Below, piece after piece: positions 22,640 to 35,538 of a stretch of DNA of 64,000 nucleotides. The DNA is from Zootoca vivipara (taxonomy: Eukaryota), in NCBI RefSeq assembly GCF_963506605.1, contig NC_083282.1, positions 49,042,001 to 49,106,000 of the forward strand. The letters run 5' to 3'. Position numbers and translations under genes: made by a program. Below the pieces are notes generated by a model, which had not been told where the DNA came from, did not search any database, and worked only from the letters and a program-made list of their open reading frames with translations. Positions within the stretch are counted from its first letter, which is position 1. Every line of letters begins with the position of its first letter.

Positions 22640-23467
22640 CAGACCCGCGGCGCAACCAGCGAGGAGGTCATGTTTCTTGGGTCTCACCAAAAGCCCGTCG
22701 TTTCTAACTCCATGCTATTGCCCAGCCGCGTGCCTCTGTTGCACGAGCGTGCTCCTTGGAATGGCGCGTGTCTTTGCACCAGGCCCTCTCTGATGTCTCT
22801 TCCTTTCTTTTCCCGGGAGGTAGGCGGCCGGGATATTGTTTTAAATTTAGAGGGCAAATGCTCATGCCCGCTTTTAGCATACCCACGCGGCTGTTATAAG
22901 CCGGTTTTCCTCGCAAACGTTATTAACACAGGGAACCCACTTGCAAGTCTTTAAATAGGAAAACTACATATGCAATTAAGAGCGAGATTAAATATTCAGT
23001 GCACTTGAACTACCAGCTATACAAAATCCTAAAAAAAAAAACCCCAAACCTATTTTGGTAAATAAAATAATAATAATCCGCCAACGTCTTTTATTTCTCG
23101 CGGCGTCAAGTCAGGAGCATCTCTCCTCCCCGCCCCCGCCCCTCCAGATCTCTGTGCTGACTAGTCAGCCAGTTACACGTCTCTCTCTCAGAAGACCAAT
23201 AGCCTTGCGCCCTCCCATTTGCACCGTCCTCCTTTCCTGCTGTTTATCCCTCCAGGAAAATTCTGACGTTTCCTTCCCTGCGCCGCTTTTTGTGCTACCA
23301 TTTCCAGCCATTAGAGGGCGCCTTAGAGAATGTGCTGCGGGCTCTAAAAGCCCGGGAAGACGGTCGCTTAGCAACCGCCGCCGGTTCCTAAACAAACCTG
23401 ACACGCGGCGAGAGGGAACCCGCGATCTGCTTTTGCTACCGCCACTGGATCGCCCATCCTCTGGAGC

Positions 23468-23548
23468 ATGCCAACCACCAGGGACCCCTTTCCATTCCCA
23501 CACTATGAAAATGAAGAGACCTGCACGGGCAACAACAGATGTACCCAG
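23468..23548 (+). CDS. CFAP276: CFAP276 (C1orf194) exon 1
   Basis: MPTTRDPFPFPHYENEETCTGNNRCTQ (human starts MPPTRDPF); CAG|GTAAG donor, phase 0. Confidence 0.9.
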
Positions 23549-26500
23549 GTAAGAGGGCCACCTATTTAGAATGCCCTCACCCATTTAAAAACATTTTTAA
23601 ATGCACCCCTTTACATTTATATTAACAAAGTGCCTAAAGTCATCCTCATCGGAGGGCTCATGCCATTGAACCTCTTTGGCATTATTGCAACTCTTGCTTC
23701 TACCTGACCTCTGAATTTGGGACACCACTTGCAAATCTAAAACTCTGTGTATATATCTAAGAAGTGCAATTTGTGCAGGCGGGAAATGTTATTTGATTGA
23801 ATTTTTTTATCCTGCTTTTCAGACAGATATTGCCACCTAAAGAAGCTCAGGTCTATTGTTTGTTTCATTTTTCGGTAGCTTTTAGAGGAAAAAGTCTCAA
23901 AACAGTTTGACAATAAAATTCAGCATGTATAAACTATTTAAAAGCAGAGAGGAAAAAACACTGTCAGAGAAGTCTGAACCTGGCAGCTAACAGATTTTAT
24001 TGCTTTGTATTTTTTATTTCTTTGAGGTTTTTTATGATCAAGCAGTGTACTAATTTTATGTAACAAACAAATAAATAAAAACTGGCGAAGATGTTGGCAG
24101 GCATCTCTCCCTAGCAACAGCATTCCATAGACAGGAACACAATGGAAAAGGCCTTTTGTTGTGGTTAAATTTTTTTAAAGAGACACAGGACTTGACCTCA
24201 GGCTTACAAACTTAAAAAAGGGTAGTGGTGGAGAGATACACAACAGTTTCAAACCAGGCATTTAGGCCAGCCCAGGCCATTCTTCGCTTGTAGTGTTCTT
24301 CACAGAAATGCAAAGGAAGAATGCAAAAAAAGGAGAGCCCATTTATGCTGAAGTTCAGCCAAACTATTAACATGGATTTAAAAGGGTTTTGAATGAGAGG
24401 AATGTTATAGTCCTGCTTAACCTTCACTGGGTAGAGGAAACTTCGTATAAAAAATAAAGATTGATAAAAAGGAAACAGGGAAAGCCAAGGCAAGAGGGTT
24501 AGATATCTTCAGAACACTTGGGGGTGGGGGAGGGTTATCCAAAACTACAGTAATAGAAGCTGAGCTAGTACTTATACTGCAGATCAGGAAAGACATCACG
24601 AAATCCAATATAAGGCCAGAGTGATTAATCAGCAGAGTCAAAAGAACCTGTAAGTTAGAGGCAAGAAGGCTCCTCTCAGAAGACTTGTGCAAATGAGAAC
24701 AGAAAGAAAGACAAATTTTGGTAAAACAAATGCAAGCACACAATGCAAAAGAAAGGCATTGAGGAGCAAATCACCAAAACCATTAGGGCTAACAATAATA
24801 AAATGCTTTCAATACACCAGAATCTGGAAAGCAACTAGAGAAGACCCTTGGTTTACAGATTTAACTGGCCCTTGGACCTCTCCTCAAGCCACTCCAGGGC
24901 CACCCCTACTTGGCTCCCTGAGCATTTTTCCCTGATTGCAGTTTGTCCTGGAACTCTGATAATGCCTCTTGCTTGCTTGTGTGCGCAAACCTGCCTATTG
25001 TAGAAAGGTGAATGTGCGTATGTTGCTTTGCCTACTTTTGTCTCTGCCTCCAGCCACCACTGGCATATGGCCCTCAGAAGGTTGCAGAGAAGGGAATGTG
25101 TCCTGGTTTACTGGCCGCACTAAGCCAATCTTTGTCTTTGCACAAAAATGCAGGGTTACAGAGAGGAACCTGCAGCCACTTTCTTCCTCCACACTCTTTA
25201 TTTGCTGCAAAAAAGGGGGCTGTGAGAAGTGGCCCAATGACCTAGGCAGCACTTTCCTTCTTCTCCACTGTCACTCACCAGGAAATCTATTTTCATGTGG
25301 TCATAAATCTACCTCTCTGCATCCTCAGATTAGGATGCACATTACTGGTAGTCCTGGGAACATCTGAGAACCCCACCTATCCCATAAATCTACCTTAACC
25401 TCAATTGAATTTGACCGGCTGGCTCCAGGTGTGAATCAGCAGTGACTTGTGTGTTCCTGGTCAGATTGACTGGATCAACATAAGGAAGCAGCCATTTAAA
25501 CTGACTTTTGAGTGCCAGGTGGCACTTTGGAAGACAGAAGGTGATACTGGAAGATGTTGTCACAATGCACTACCCTCAGATAAGAATGCACATTATCAAT
25601 ACATTCCTTTTCCAGGCAAGATAAAGGACTCCATCCATTCCCTTTCAACAACCTGGGTGAGGGAGCACAGAGAAGCTCCCTACCCCATACATTATACTCT
25701 TTCCAATAATGGAAGAAAGTGTAAGTACATTGCTAGGGGGATTGTGGGAATAGAGAGAACACCAAATTTTATCAAAGGATGGTTCTAAAATCTCAAAGCG
25801 TCACAATATATTTTGGGGCTGCTGAAGCCACCAATTTTACACAAGTGCACTTTATGAAAAAGTACTTTTAAGACTAACTTGGAGACTCTAGACGACAAGA
25901 CTACTACTCTCTACAAATAAATGTAGCCTCAGCAATATATAAGTGCTCCTCACTTAAAACACTTCTCGCCGTTCTCTTTAAACCAGAGACTGCTTCCTGG
26001 TGGCCTGCACACAGCAGCAAATCCACAGCACGTGGTCCATCTGCTGCAACCTGTTGCCATGCCAAGGCTGTCTTGCCAGGCTTCACTCACTCCTTTTGGG
26101 GAAGAACAGTGGCTCAGTGGTAGAGATTCTGCTGTGATTGATTGATTTAATTTCTATACCACTTAATATCTTAAAAATATCTCTACTGCTTAGTATATTA
26201 AAATATCTCTAAGTGGTGTACAAAGCATGGCTGGCTAGCATCCATTGCCACAGCTGTGTCCCATTCAGCTGCATTCTCCACTCCCAGTTCCAGATACAGT
26301 AGGTTTGTTGCGTTTCCCAGGGTGTAGAGAATGGAAAAAGCCCCGCCGCCCCGGGTTGTTCCTTCACCCTCTTGCTCTGTCCTACTCCAGCTGCTTTGCA
26401 TGCAGGGGGACCCAGGTTCAATTTCCAGACAGAGAGACACAGACCTCTGCCTAAAACACTGAAGACCCTCTGCCAGTCCATGTTGGCAATGCTAATCTAG

Positions 26501-27372
26501 ATGGATGGAGGGGGTCTAATTTAATATAACATAGCTTCCTGTGTTCCGGTCTCAACGTATAGAAATGATGTGAGGTGAAAGAACTCATGATGCAGGCTCT
26601 TCTGCCAATGTGCTGTCCTCTACTCTGAAAATATGAGAATCAGCAGGTTGGGAGTGTGTGTGTGTTTGTTGACAGGAGGGAGGTCATTTTAGCTAAAGGT
26701 CAGAAGAAGACAACAAATTTTTACCCTCATGTAAATCATCCCGTGGACCCTAAGGCAGCACAGTCAGGCATATCAATTTTAGCTTTATAGATTTGATTTT
26801 ATTCACTTAGCTTACTCATAGCCATGTTCACGGTTGCACAAACCTTTATGAATGTGCACGGGTTACTGTTCACCCAGAAGAAATACTGATAATGAGCACT
26901 GAAATACACCCACAATTTGCTGATGGCTGAAGATTAGCAAATGTGGCATCAGTTCCCCAGAACACAGACACAGCATCCATACCAAGAGTTTGTGGAAAAC
27001 AGAAATGTCTAAAACAGAGTAGGCCTGGGTCCAAAAGGCAGTGGGAGAAAAGGGTAAAAGCAGCACCCAATATACGACCTCTTCTACAGCAGCTTCTATA
27101 TGCACTTAACAAGAGCTCCAGATGCACATCCCGACTACTTTAGTTGCTCCCTGGGTAACTATGAGAAAGGGGCATAAGCAAAAGTGTGATTTTAGAATTT
27201 GAACAATTATACTCCTCAATGAGGCCCAATGGTTTCAGGTTGGTCATTCTGAAATAGCACTGCACAGCGTTGGCCCACCTCACAAGTAACATGACTGGCA
27301 GGGTCCATCTCCTCAGGCTGAATAAGTTTATAAACCACTCCTTTAAGTCTCTTATACTTCTTATTGATCCAG

Positions 27373-27489
27373 AAAACTCCCTACTGTATGCCTACCCACC
27401 TTGCACAGCAACGAGACCCCTGGAATCGACTACATGGAACACCTACGCTAGCAAGCATCAGAAGAGAAATTTGGTATAGAGAACCTGAG
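27373..27489 (+). CDS. CFAP276: CFAP276 exon 2
   Basis: KTPYCMPTHLAQQRDPWNRLHGTPTLASIRREIWYREPE; AG/GT bounded; resembles human PTHLAQQQEPWSRL. Confidence 0.92.
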
Positions 27490-27714
27490 GTAAAATATTC
27501 ATCTGATGCTACCATCCTTTGCTTGTGTTGCAAGGCTCTTTTGCTTTGCCCTCAATACTGGTAGAAATAGGTTGGCTTTCATGCACTGTCAGCTTTGCTT
27601 TTAAATGGGCTACACTTTGACCCCTCAACACCTGTAGTTACACTGTGTACTTAAAGCAGACTTATAAAAACATCAATACTGATTTCCCCATGCCTCCTTA
27701 TACCCCATGCCTAG

Positions 27715-27830
27715 GTTTCCAAAGACAGTCTGGATTTTAACCTCAGTGCCCTGTACAATCACCACAAAGACCTGCTTAAAGACAAAAGCAAGGTAGTTCT
27801 CCATAAGGAGACCCTATTTGATGACCATGG
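27715..27830 (+). CDS. CFAP276: CFAP276 exon 3
   Basis: VSKDSLDFNLSALYNHHKDLLKDKSKVVLHKETLFDDH; GG|GTAAGT donor, phase 2. Confidence 0.92.
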
Positions 27831-28398
27831 GTAAGTGTAATTCATTGCTTTTGTAGAATTCAGCAAACAGCATGACTCTCCACAGAGTTTGCATGAGCCA
27901 AAGGTGCAACATGTGTAGCTATGAGGCAGGTTGTTTCCGTACTTTGCTGAAAACGTTTCTTCATCGTATGTGCAGATGAGACACACCATTCTCTTGCCAC
28001 AGTATACAACACAAAAACAGTGCAGGAACTGCTTCTACTTTGGCTTTTATTGCATGGGTATCCCATATCTTATCCATCTGCACTTGCAATAATGGGCACG
28101 TGCAGACAATGCTGAAGCAAGCAGCTTTGCACTGCACACTGGAAACCCAAGCCAGTGATTATTACCTTGGCAAAATATGGGTCTCTACTTACTTAGCACT
28201 CTATACTGTATTGTCTTAGGGTGCTTCTCAATGAGAGCAAGCCTACAGATTTTAAATCACTTTAATGCTTACAGTTACAAAACAATGCTTACAGATACAA
28301 ATCCATACTGCAATGCACGGAATATGGAAGTGATCGCCTCTGCCCGGAATTTATTACTTTCTTACATAATAACACATGTTCTCACTCTTGTTTTTGAG

Positions 28399-28532
28399 AC
28401 AACTGAAGGGTTTAGAGCCTGTGAAGGAACGCACAGCATCTCTGATTCAGCATCCTACTTCCAAGGGTATATCTGTGAGACATTGGGTCAACCCAGTAAG
28501 AGAGTCAATCCACAACATTGATGGAGCTATTG
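28399..28532 (+). CDS. CFAP276: CFAP276 exon 4
   Basis: QLKGLEPVKERTASLIQHPTSKGISVRHWVNPVRESIHNIDGAI; phase-compatible acceptor TTTTTGAG| and donor G|GTAAG; resembles human IRHWINPKKESIHSIQGSI. Confidence 0.88.
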
Positions 28533-28589
28533 GTAAGCACAAGTTGTAGACATTCATTTTACCTCAGGGGTCCCTTTACCTTTACCTTT

Positions 28590-28843
28590 AAGGAGCTCCT
28601 GCCAACCTAGCAGTTCGAAAGCACGTCAAAATGCAAGTAGATAAATAGGAACCGCTATAGCGGGAAGGTAAACGGCGTTTCCATGTGCTGCTCTGGTTTG
28701 CCAGAAGCGGCTTTGTCATGCTGGCCACATGACCTGGAAGCTATACGCCGGCTCCCTTGGCCAATAATGCGAGATGAGCGCGCAACCCCAGAGTCGGTCA
28801 CGACTGGACCTAATGGTCAGGGGTCCCTTTACCTTTACCTTTA
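28590..28843 (+). mobile_element. Sauria SINE, 5'-truncated, with its tail duplicated upstream
   Basis: SINE core and (ACCTTT)n tail; 33-bp direct repeat at 28564-28596 and 28817-28849. Confidence 0.88.
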
Positions 28844-29387
28844 AGGAGCAAGAACATAAATCCATAGTGACCAGCTCGTGTTCAGCAAATCTAACTCCCT
28901 ACTCTCCCAGATCCTTTTTTAATTATTTTAAATATCAAGCTTCTTTTATTTACATTATATAATCATATTCTTCAACCTATCCATGTGTTAAAAACTAATG
29001 CATTCAGAGTAGATATACTTTTAAAATCAGGGTGGTGAAAGCTCTACATGTTTATATTCTGCTTGAGAAGCCACTGAAATGAATGGTGTGGATCGCACTT
29101 TAAACTAGACTGGAGAAAAGTCTTCAGAAACATTGTTGGCCACTAATTGATAAGAAATTTAGAGCTAAGCAGAACACGTGCAGGTTTTGTGCATCCATTC
29201 AGATCTCCTTTCTGTTACACTACTTAACATAATCTGGAAACTTTTGAATTGATGGCTTTCAGCTTACCACAAGAAATTAAGAGCTTCCTCTTAAATTGAT
29301 GTGTGGTACTATTTAGAGCTCTGATTGGAAAATTTCTCAGTGCATGGAATACTCAGAAAAAGTTGGCTGTGACTTTTGTCTTTTCAG

Positions 29388-29458
29388 AGTCTCATCACAC
29401 TGCAGCCACTAACAGTGGATATTCACGCAAAGAGAATGGTGGGATCTTCTACCACTAA
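29388..29458 (+). CDS. CFAP276: CFAP276 exon 5 (stop); total 172 aa
   Basis: ESHHTAATNSGYSRKENGGIFYH*; resembles human SPHTAATNGGYSRKKDGGFFST; the five exons sum to 519 nt in frame. Confidence 0.92.
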
Positions 29459-30683
29459 GAGTTTTGCATGGCCATGATGCTGCTTCTGTCCTTTCAGCCT
29501 GTGTTTACATGTACTGTACCTGAGTTAAGTCTTCAATGTTTGCTTTCCTTTTAGGATCCTTGATTAAACCACCCAACTTCACTGAATTCTAGTAGCAGCA
29601 CAGCTATACTGTTCCCCAGTAACGTACTGTACTTGAGAGGAACAAACTGCTTCTTGCCTATGAGCAAAGTCCACGTTATCAGGCCTGGTAAATCCAGAGA
29701 TTTTGGTTAGGAATTGAATCAGTTAATCTGAATTGAAGTCCTAAAAGGATAGCATTTAGAAACTATCACTTTAGGCAGGCAGTGCACTCTCACAATGAAA
29801 GATGCCAAGGTTAAACTGCTGCAAAAGCAATTTCTCTACGGTACTAATCCAGGCAGCTAGCTAGTTTCACTATGTTTAAAAAGGGCACTGCACACATGGA
29901 CAGGAATGCCCATCTTTATTACGACTGAGTCTTTATTACTACTGAGTCTTGGCTACCCAAACAAGTCCAAGGGCTGAACTCTTACAGAATTAAAGCCAAT
30001 AGTATGTTGAACATTCAAGAAAAAATACACTCAAATGACAACAGGTCAATTATTTCTCAATTTAGCCTAGCAAGCAATCTCCGTAAGTATGTCTTCCTCC
30101 TCTCAACTCCAAAAGCACATGAAAATGCTGACAGGTAGAAGGAATTGTAGATTCCCTTTGTCATTTTGAGAACTTAAAATTAGAGGAGGCCTGCTTTCTG
30201 AAATGTTAACCACCAGAGGCCATTTTAATTGTTAGTGTATTATCAGCCTCCACATGACGGGCACAATTTGGGAAACATTGCACAGCTCCACAGAAGGAAC
30301 CACGCAACATGCAAACGTTGTGAACTCTTTGAATAGAGCATGTGTCCGTCTATAGCAGAAGCTTATGGCACCTTAAGGACTTAACAAAGCTTTGGCGGAC
30401 TACAACCCATCTCACCATCAGTCCATTAGATGGAATGAAGTCTAGGGGCTAAAGCATGCCAGAATTAATTGTTCCAAGTTGTTTTCGCACCGCAAATTCC
30501 ATTAGCATTTATTGGGAAGGCCTTTTCAAGAAAGCCAGCATCCTTGTGCTGCCGAACGAAGGAAAACTGGGAGGCAGCTTCTGCGAGGGACGGAGATGGA
30601 GAGCGGGAGGCGCTATTGCAGCAAAGGAAGACGCCCGAGGCAGGAACAAAAGAGCGGCTCAGGCAGAGCTGCTGCGGTCGAGC

Positions 30684-31080
30684 CGGATCAGAATCGCTCC
30701 GATACACATTGGCCAGGAGGAGGGGGAAGGGCACCCCCCCCCCCGCAGCCTCCAGCCTCATCTATCTGATCAGTTCATCACCTCCGGCTTAAAACTGCCG
30801 CCCGCTCGCTTAACCTGCTTCACTGCACAGCGCCCAAGGGCTTCGCAGGGAGAAGGGTTCTTCTCATCTCAGGCCTGGGGAGGCGGCAACAGCCCGGCCC
30901 GATCAAATAAGATCAACGTGTAAATGGGAGAAAGAAGCGCAGGGGCTCCACACGCGCGCCACTCACCACACACATACACGCCTCACGCAGCGCACACACG
31001 TCCTAGCATCCCCACACATACCTTCCGCGCCCCACCACAGCCACACACCACTCGCTCTGCCCCTGGCTACTCACTGAAGA
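30684..31080 (-). ncRNA. SCARNA2: SCARNA2 (mgU2-25/61) box C/D small Cajal body RNA; ends approximate
   Basis: GU-rich 5' domain. UUGAUCUUA (30916-30908) plus UUGA box pairs with U2 nt 22-30, putting G25 at the D+5 position. Box C GUGAUGA (30781-30775); AUCAGAUA plus AUGA box pairs with U2 nt 58-65, putting C61 at D'+5. Terminal CUGA at 30691-30688. Syntenic between TMEM167B and CFAP276. Confidence 0.93.
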
Positions 31081-31103
31081 AGGGCCTCGCGCCCCGCCTC
31101 CAG

Positions 31104-31111
31104 CTTTTATA
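31104..31111 (-). promoter_or_regulatory. TATA box of the independent Pol II SCARNA2 promoter
   Basis: TATAAAAG about 25-30 nt upstream of the inferred 5' end, next to a GC box (GGCGGGGC) in a CpG-rich region. Confidence 0.8.
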
Positions 31112-34100
31112 CTCCTGCCCCGTTGCATGATGGGAACCGCGCAGATCGCGTTCTCGCGGTCCCTGCTGAGTACCCCGCCTCTTTCGAGTCACCCGGCGGG
31201 GTTTGTGGATTCGCAGGCCCTGTTCGCTTATAGGGGTCCCTGTGGAAGCCTCCCCATCCCCGGAGACTCCGGGATGCAAGTGGGGAAGATCCCTGAAGGA
31301 AATCGGGTGACCTTCAGAATTCTGGAGTAGTCTGTGGCGTTTGGCCGGACAGCGGCTAGTGTTCCCTCCCAGCCCCCAAAACAGCAGCAAAACTTAGAAG
31401 CGCTCGTGCTGCTTCAAGAATGATTCCCCACCCCCCGCCAGCTGCCGTCACCACCAGGGGCAAAATAACTGACCTTTATGGGAATAAAGTTATGGTAGAC
31501 AAGCTAGCCGGCCGCAGTTTCGCTGCCCTGCATTTTCACTGGAGACTCGAGGGCAAACTTTATAAATCTTTTTCTTCTTCGTCCGTTGCCATGCTGCCGA
31601 GAGGAAAGCCATGGTCTGGGTTATCTTTGCATCCAAAACCAGCTTGTGACTTGTCTCCCATACAACGCACTGTTAGCCAACAACAAATATTGGCCATGGG
31701 CCATGGTTTGTCTGGAGCAAGAAAGCCGTGTTTTATTTCCAAGTACGCACTCTCTCTGTTCACTCTGTTGTTTGGCTTAGCTGCAAGAACCGGACTTGCT
31801 TTCACTATTACAGGAGATACAAACATAATCAGAACAAAAGTCCCCCTTATGTTATATAAAATTGGTTTCCTAGTAAATTCTAGTAATAAATGTACTTGGG
31901 CTTGCGGCTGAAGTCTCTGTAATAACAGTAAGCTATATTAGAAGCTACAGCTGTTTTCATATCCATTCCTGAAGAATATCACTTTCCAATTATCCACAAT
32001 GGGAAATGGAAAAAGACCCACTGCATAAAGAGCTGAGGGGCTGTAAGTGAACACTTAAATGGTATGCAGTGCAATACTTCATTTGCTATAACTAGAATTA
32101 CAATTCTAACTATACTCACTCTACTAAATTTAGCAGCCCTGGTTTAGTATTATGAGATATTCCAAAACTCTGAAAAGGTATTCCATATCCTCCTGAAATC
32201 TGCCTCCAGGAGCACTAAAACCCTCCAGAACAAATTTTGAGGGGACACAAAGGGCTGTCAGAGGGGCAAAGAAAGGTAGAGACCATTCTGATCGTGCATG
32301 GACATCACTGGATACAACTCATAGAATTTTGCAATTCAGTGCTAGCTTTTCAATGGAAGGGCAAATGGAGTAACACCAAAATAAAGAACATAAACAGACG
32401 ACCTTCAATGGTGAACTGAGGATGGTTTATTTGCCCAATATATTTCTAGCTTGCTGACTTTCTCAGAGGCAGCTTTTACTCTTGTAAAAGCAAACAAACC
32501 AGATCAAAAATATGTGCTACCACCATCATGAATGCACATTTGAGGTCTCTTCTCAATATTCCTGCATTATTTTACTAAAAAAAATGAGTTTAAAAATAAT
32601 TTTAAGGTACTACACATTAATTGCCTAACACCCTTTGCATACTCACCTTCTCATGCTAACAATTAGTTCCAGCTTATGACCTGCCCTTTTAATGTATGCT
32701 TGTGTATGAAGTTGACATTCCACTCCATGCAAAAAATTGGGAGTATAAAGTCAAGCAATAAAAGCTTTTCAAGAGTAATAGAATGGCTCACACAATGATC
32801 TTGGTCCACTCTCCCAGCCTGAACTACATTGCAGGGTTCTTGTGGAGATCATGCTTGCCATACTGAGCTCATAGAGGAAGGCTAGAATAAAGATTTGATA
32901 AAAGAGATACATACCGGTAGTGGTTCATATCGATTTTTACAAATAATCACACTATACAACATGAATGACATAATAGCTGTAGTCTTTTAAGGTGTTAAAG
33001 ACTATTTAACTAGATGGAATTCAATATGTTGAGCTATAAAAACCAAGATTTTTTTAACAAAAGTACAGCAGTATTTAGGGATGCTCTCACTGCTATATCA
33101 ATTCATGCTCCCTTGAAGTGAACATGTGTTGAATTTCTTGAAGATATTTTTCATGAGTAAAGATTCCAATAAGCTTTCCTGATATACAGTATTGATTGAA
33201 AACTGAACTGAAAATACAGATGCAGCTGAGCAGGCTAGAACACTGTGAAGAAAACAGAAAAACACAATCTATTCCTATTTTTATATAATTTTATATTTAC
33301 TTTTTCAGCAGTTCACTAAACACATGCCTATAGTATAATCGTGCACATAACCTTTTCACACAGTGACAAAGGCTACCAATTTCCCGTTACGAAGAGATTT
33401 GGGGAAGCTTTAACCCTCCAGATGTTGCTGAACTACAACTCTAATTATCCCTGGCCATTGCCTATGTTTGCTGGGTTTCATGGGAGTTGCAGTTCAGCCA
33501 GGTGTACCAACACCTAGGGGTGCAGGGGTCTTCACCCCCCTCAATATTTGCTGGCAGGGTCCCCTTGATGTTGAGAAGTTGGAGGAAGCCAACTGCAACA
33601 CTGTTCAATGGCTAGCTCCTCCTGAGTGCAAGAGAGGAAGTCATGCCGCTCTGGGCTCCCCACTCAGCCTCCTCCCAACGTGACGTCACGTACATTGTGC
33701 ATCTGACAACACATGACCCATCAGGCACAAGATGGCACCTCCAAGTTCAGCAACATCTGGAGGGCCAAATGATTCCAACACCTGCTTTACAGATTCTGCA
33801 CCTCTTTAAACAGGCTTACTGGATAGGTGGCTCTTCAATTTATATATCCCTTTCTTGCATTTTTATGCAAGGAAAATCAGAATCAAAGCAGCATGCTAGG
33901 AAAACTATTTTTCCTGTAACTGTAACTGCTTGGAAACTCACACAATACTGACAACTCCACATCATTTTCTGTTAGCAGATCAAAATGATTTTGTACATAG
34001 CATGGCTTTGTTCATGAAGTATCACACTTTGTTACTGGGGATAAATTTTGCAAGAGTACCAAAACGTTACATTTTCTTAAGTGCACCAAACAGATCTATT

Positions 34101-34739
34101 TCAGTTATGGTATGCATTCTTCCTTATAAAAACACTTGCAAAACACTTTGGCATGGTTTCTCTCAAGTTGGACCCATGAAATATATTGGGAAACGTAAAT
34201 TCTAATGTAATATTAAAGTACATTTTTTACGTCGTAAATTATTATATAGCACCATTAGTATAAAAAATACTGACAAGCTGAATGCTGTGTTCAATTCCTA
34301 CACTTCATGTCCTCTCAGAGGGAAAGAAAAGGACTAAAGGAAGACAGGATATTTCAGATTTGTCCCTGGCACATTTATGGAACACTCCCAGCAACAGCAG
34401 TCTTTGCTTCTTGGCTAGATTTTTGGTTGGTGTTATGACTTACACATCCCCAGAACATGTACGTATTAACTAAACTTGTTATTATGGGTTCTCAATCTCT
34501 TGTAAAGTTACTAACATTCCTTGGGGAAAACAGAACAAATGATCCATCTTTACAAGGATTTAAGGCCCAGATCTTTCCTCCAGTCACTAGATAAATATAG
34601 GTATTTGGCTTACATAGCAGAAATTAGAATACTGATTAGCAGGCAAAGAAAAAACTTGCCTTATTTGCAGCACTGCATCCTAAACTGCAGCAGAAATGTT
34701 TGGCTAATAGTACTGTTTTATCAGTTGGTAGATATAACT

Positions 34740-35124
34740 GATACGTGGGTGGCGCTGTGGTCTAAACCACAGAGCCTCTTGGGCTTGCCGATCAGGTTGG
34801 TGGTTCGAATCCCTGCGACGGGGTGAGCTCCTGTTGCTCAGTCCCAGCTCCTGCCAACCTACCAGTTCGAAAGCACGCCACAAGTGCAAGTAGATTAATA
34901 GGTATTGTACTGCTCCGGCAGGAAGGTAAACGGTATTTCCATGTGCGGCTCTGGTTTCAGTGTTCCGTTGCGCCAGAAGCGGCTTAGTCATGCTGGCGCA
35001 ACATAACTCAGAAAAACTGTCTGCGGACGAACGCTGGCTCCCTCAGCCTGTAAAGCAAGATGAGTGCCGCAACCCCAGAGTCGTCTGCGACTGGACTTAA
35101 CTGTCAGGGGTCCTTTACCTTTAC
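34740..35124 (+). mobile_element. Sauria SINE, longer subfamily
   Basis: tRNA-like head, core and CAGGGGTCCTTTACCTTTAC tail. Confidence 0.9.
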
Positions 35125-35242
35125 TAGATACCGTACAATTTTATTTGTTCTGTATTGCATTGAGTCTTGCTTTTACTGTATACTTATTTTGAAGTTGAAA
35201 ACATCTTTATTTTAGTATCAGAAAACCACTTCAAATCAAATA

Positions 35243-35538
35243 CAGTGGTACCTCGACTTATGAACGACTAGACAACCGAATTTTTCGACTTACGAATGGG
35301 ACAAATGGCCGCACGCTTATGAATTTCTCGACATCCGAACAGAAACCGCGGCGGTTTTAGATAGGGTTTTTTCAACTTACGAATTTTTAGATGGGGTTAC
35401 TTCGACTTACAAATTTTTCCATTTCCAATGCATTCCTATGGGAAATCACATTTCCAATAGCGCTTTTCAACTTACGAATTTTTTGACCTACGAAGGTGCC
35501 TTCGGAACGGATTAAATTCGTAAGTTGAGGCACCACTG
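35243..35538. mobile_element. Tc1/mariner-type MITE
   Basis: CAGTGGTACCTC / GAGGCACCACTG TIRs, TA TSD. Confidence 0.85.

Larger units (their letters stand above)
20967..23467. promoter_or_regulatory. Divergent ELAPOR1/CFAP276 promoter region with RFX X-box-like sites
   Basis: CpG-rich at both ends; X-box-like GCTGCCTAGCAAC at 21141-21153 and GTCGCTTAGCAAC at 23363-23375; GC boxes, CCAAT, forkhead-like ACAAACA near 21322. Confidence 0.65.

Noticed and set aside
26863-27127. Hydrophobic - strand ORFs in CFAP276 intron 1
   Set aside because: No recognisable family, no clear start or splice context.
30456-31390. ORFs overlapping SCARNA2 and its promoter
   Set aside because: Explained by the GC-rich ncRNA locus.
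31560-31592. MATDEEEKDL on the - strand, resembling the TAF13 N-terminus
   Set aside because: Stop codon follows immediately, there is no splice donor, and it is on the wrong side of TMEM167B.
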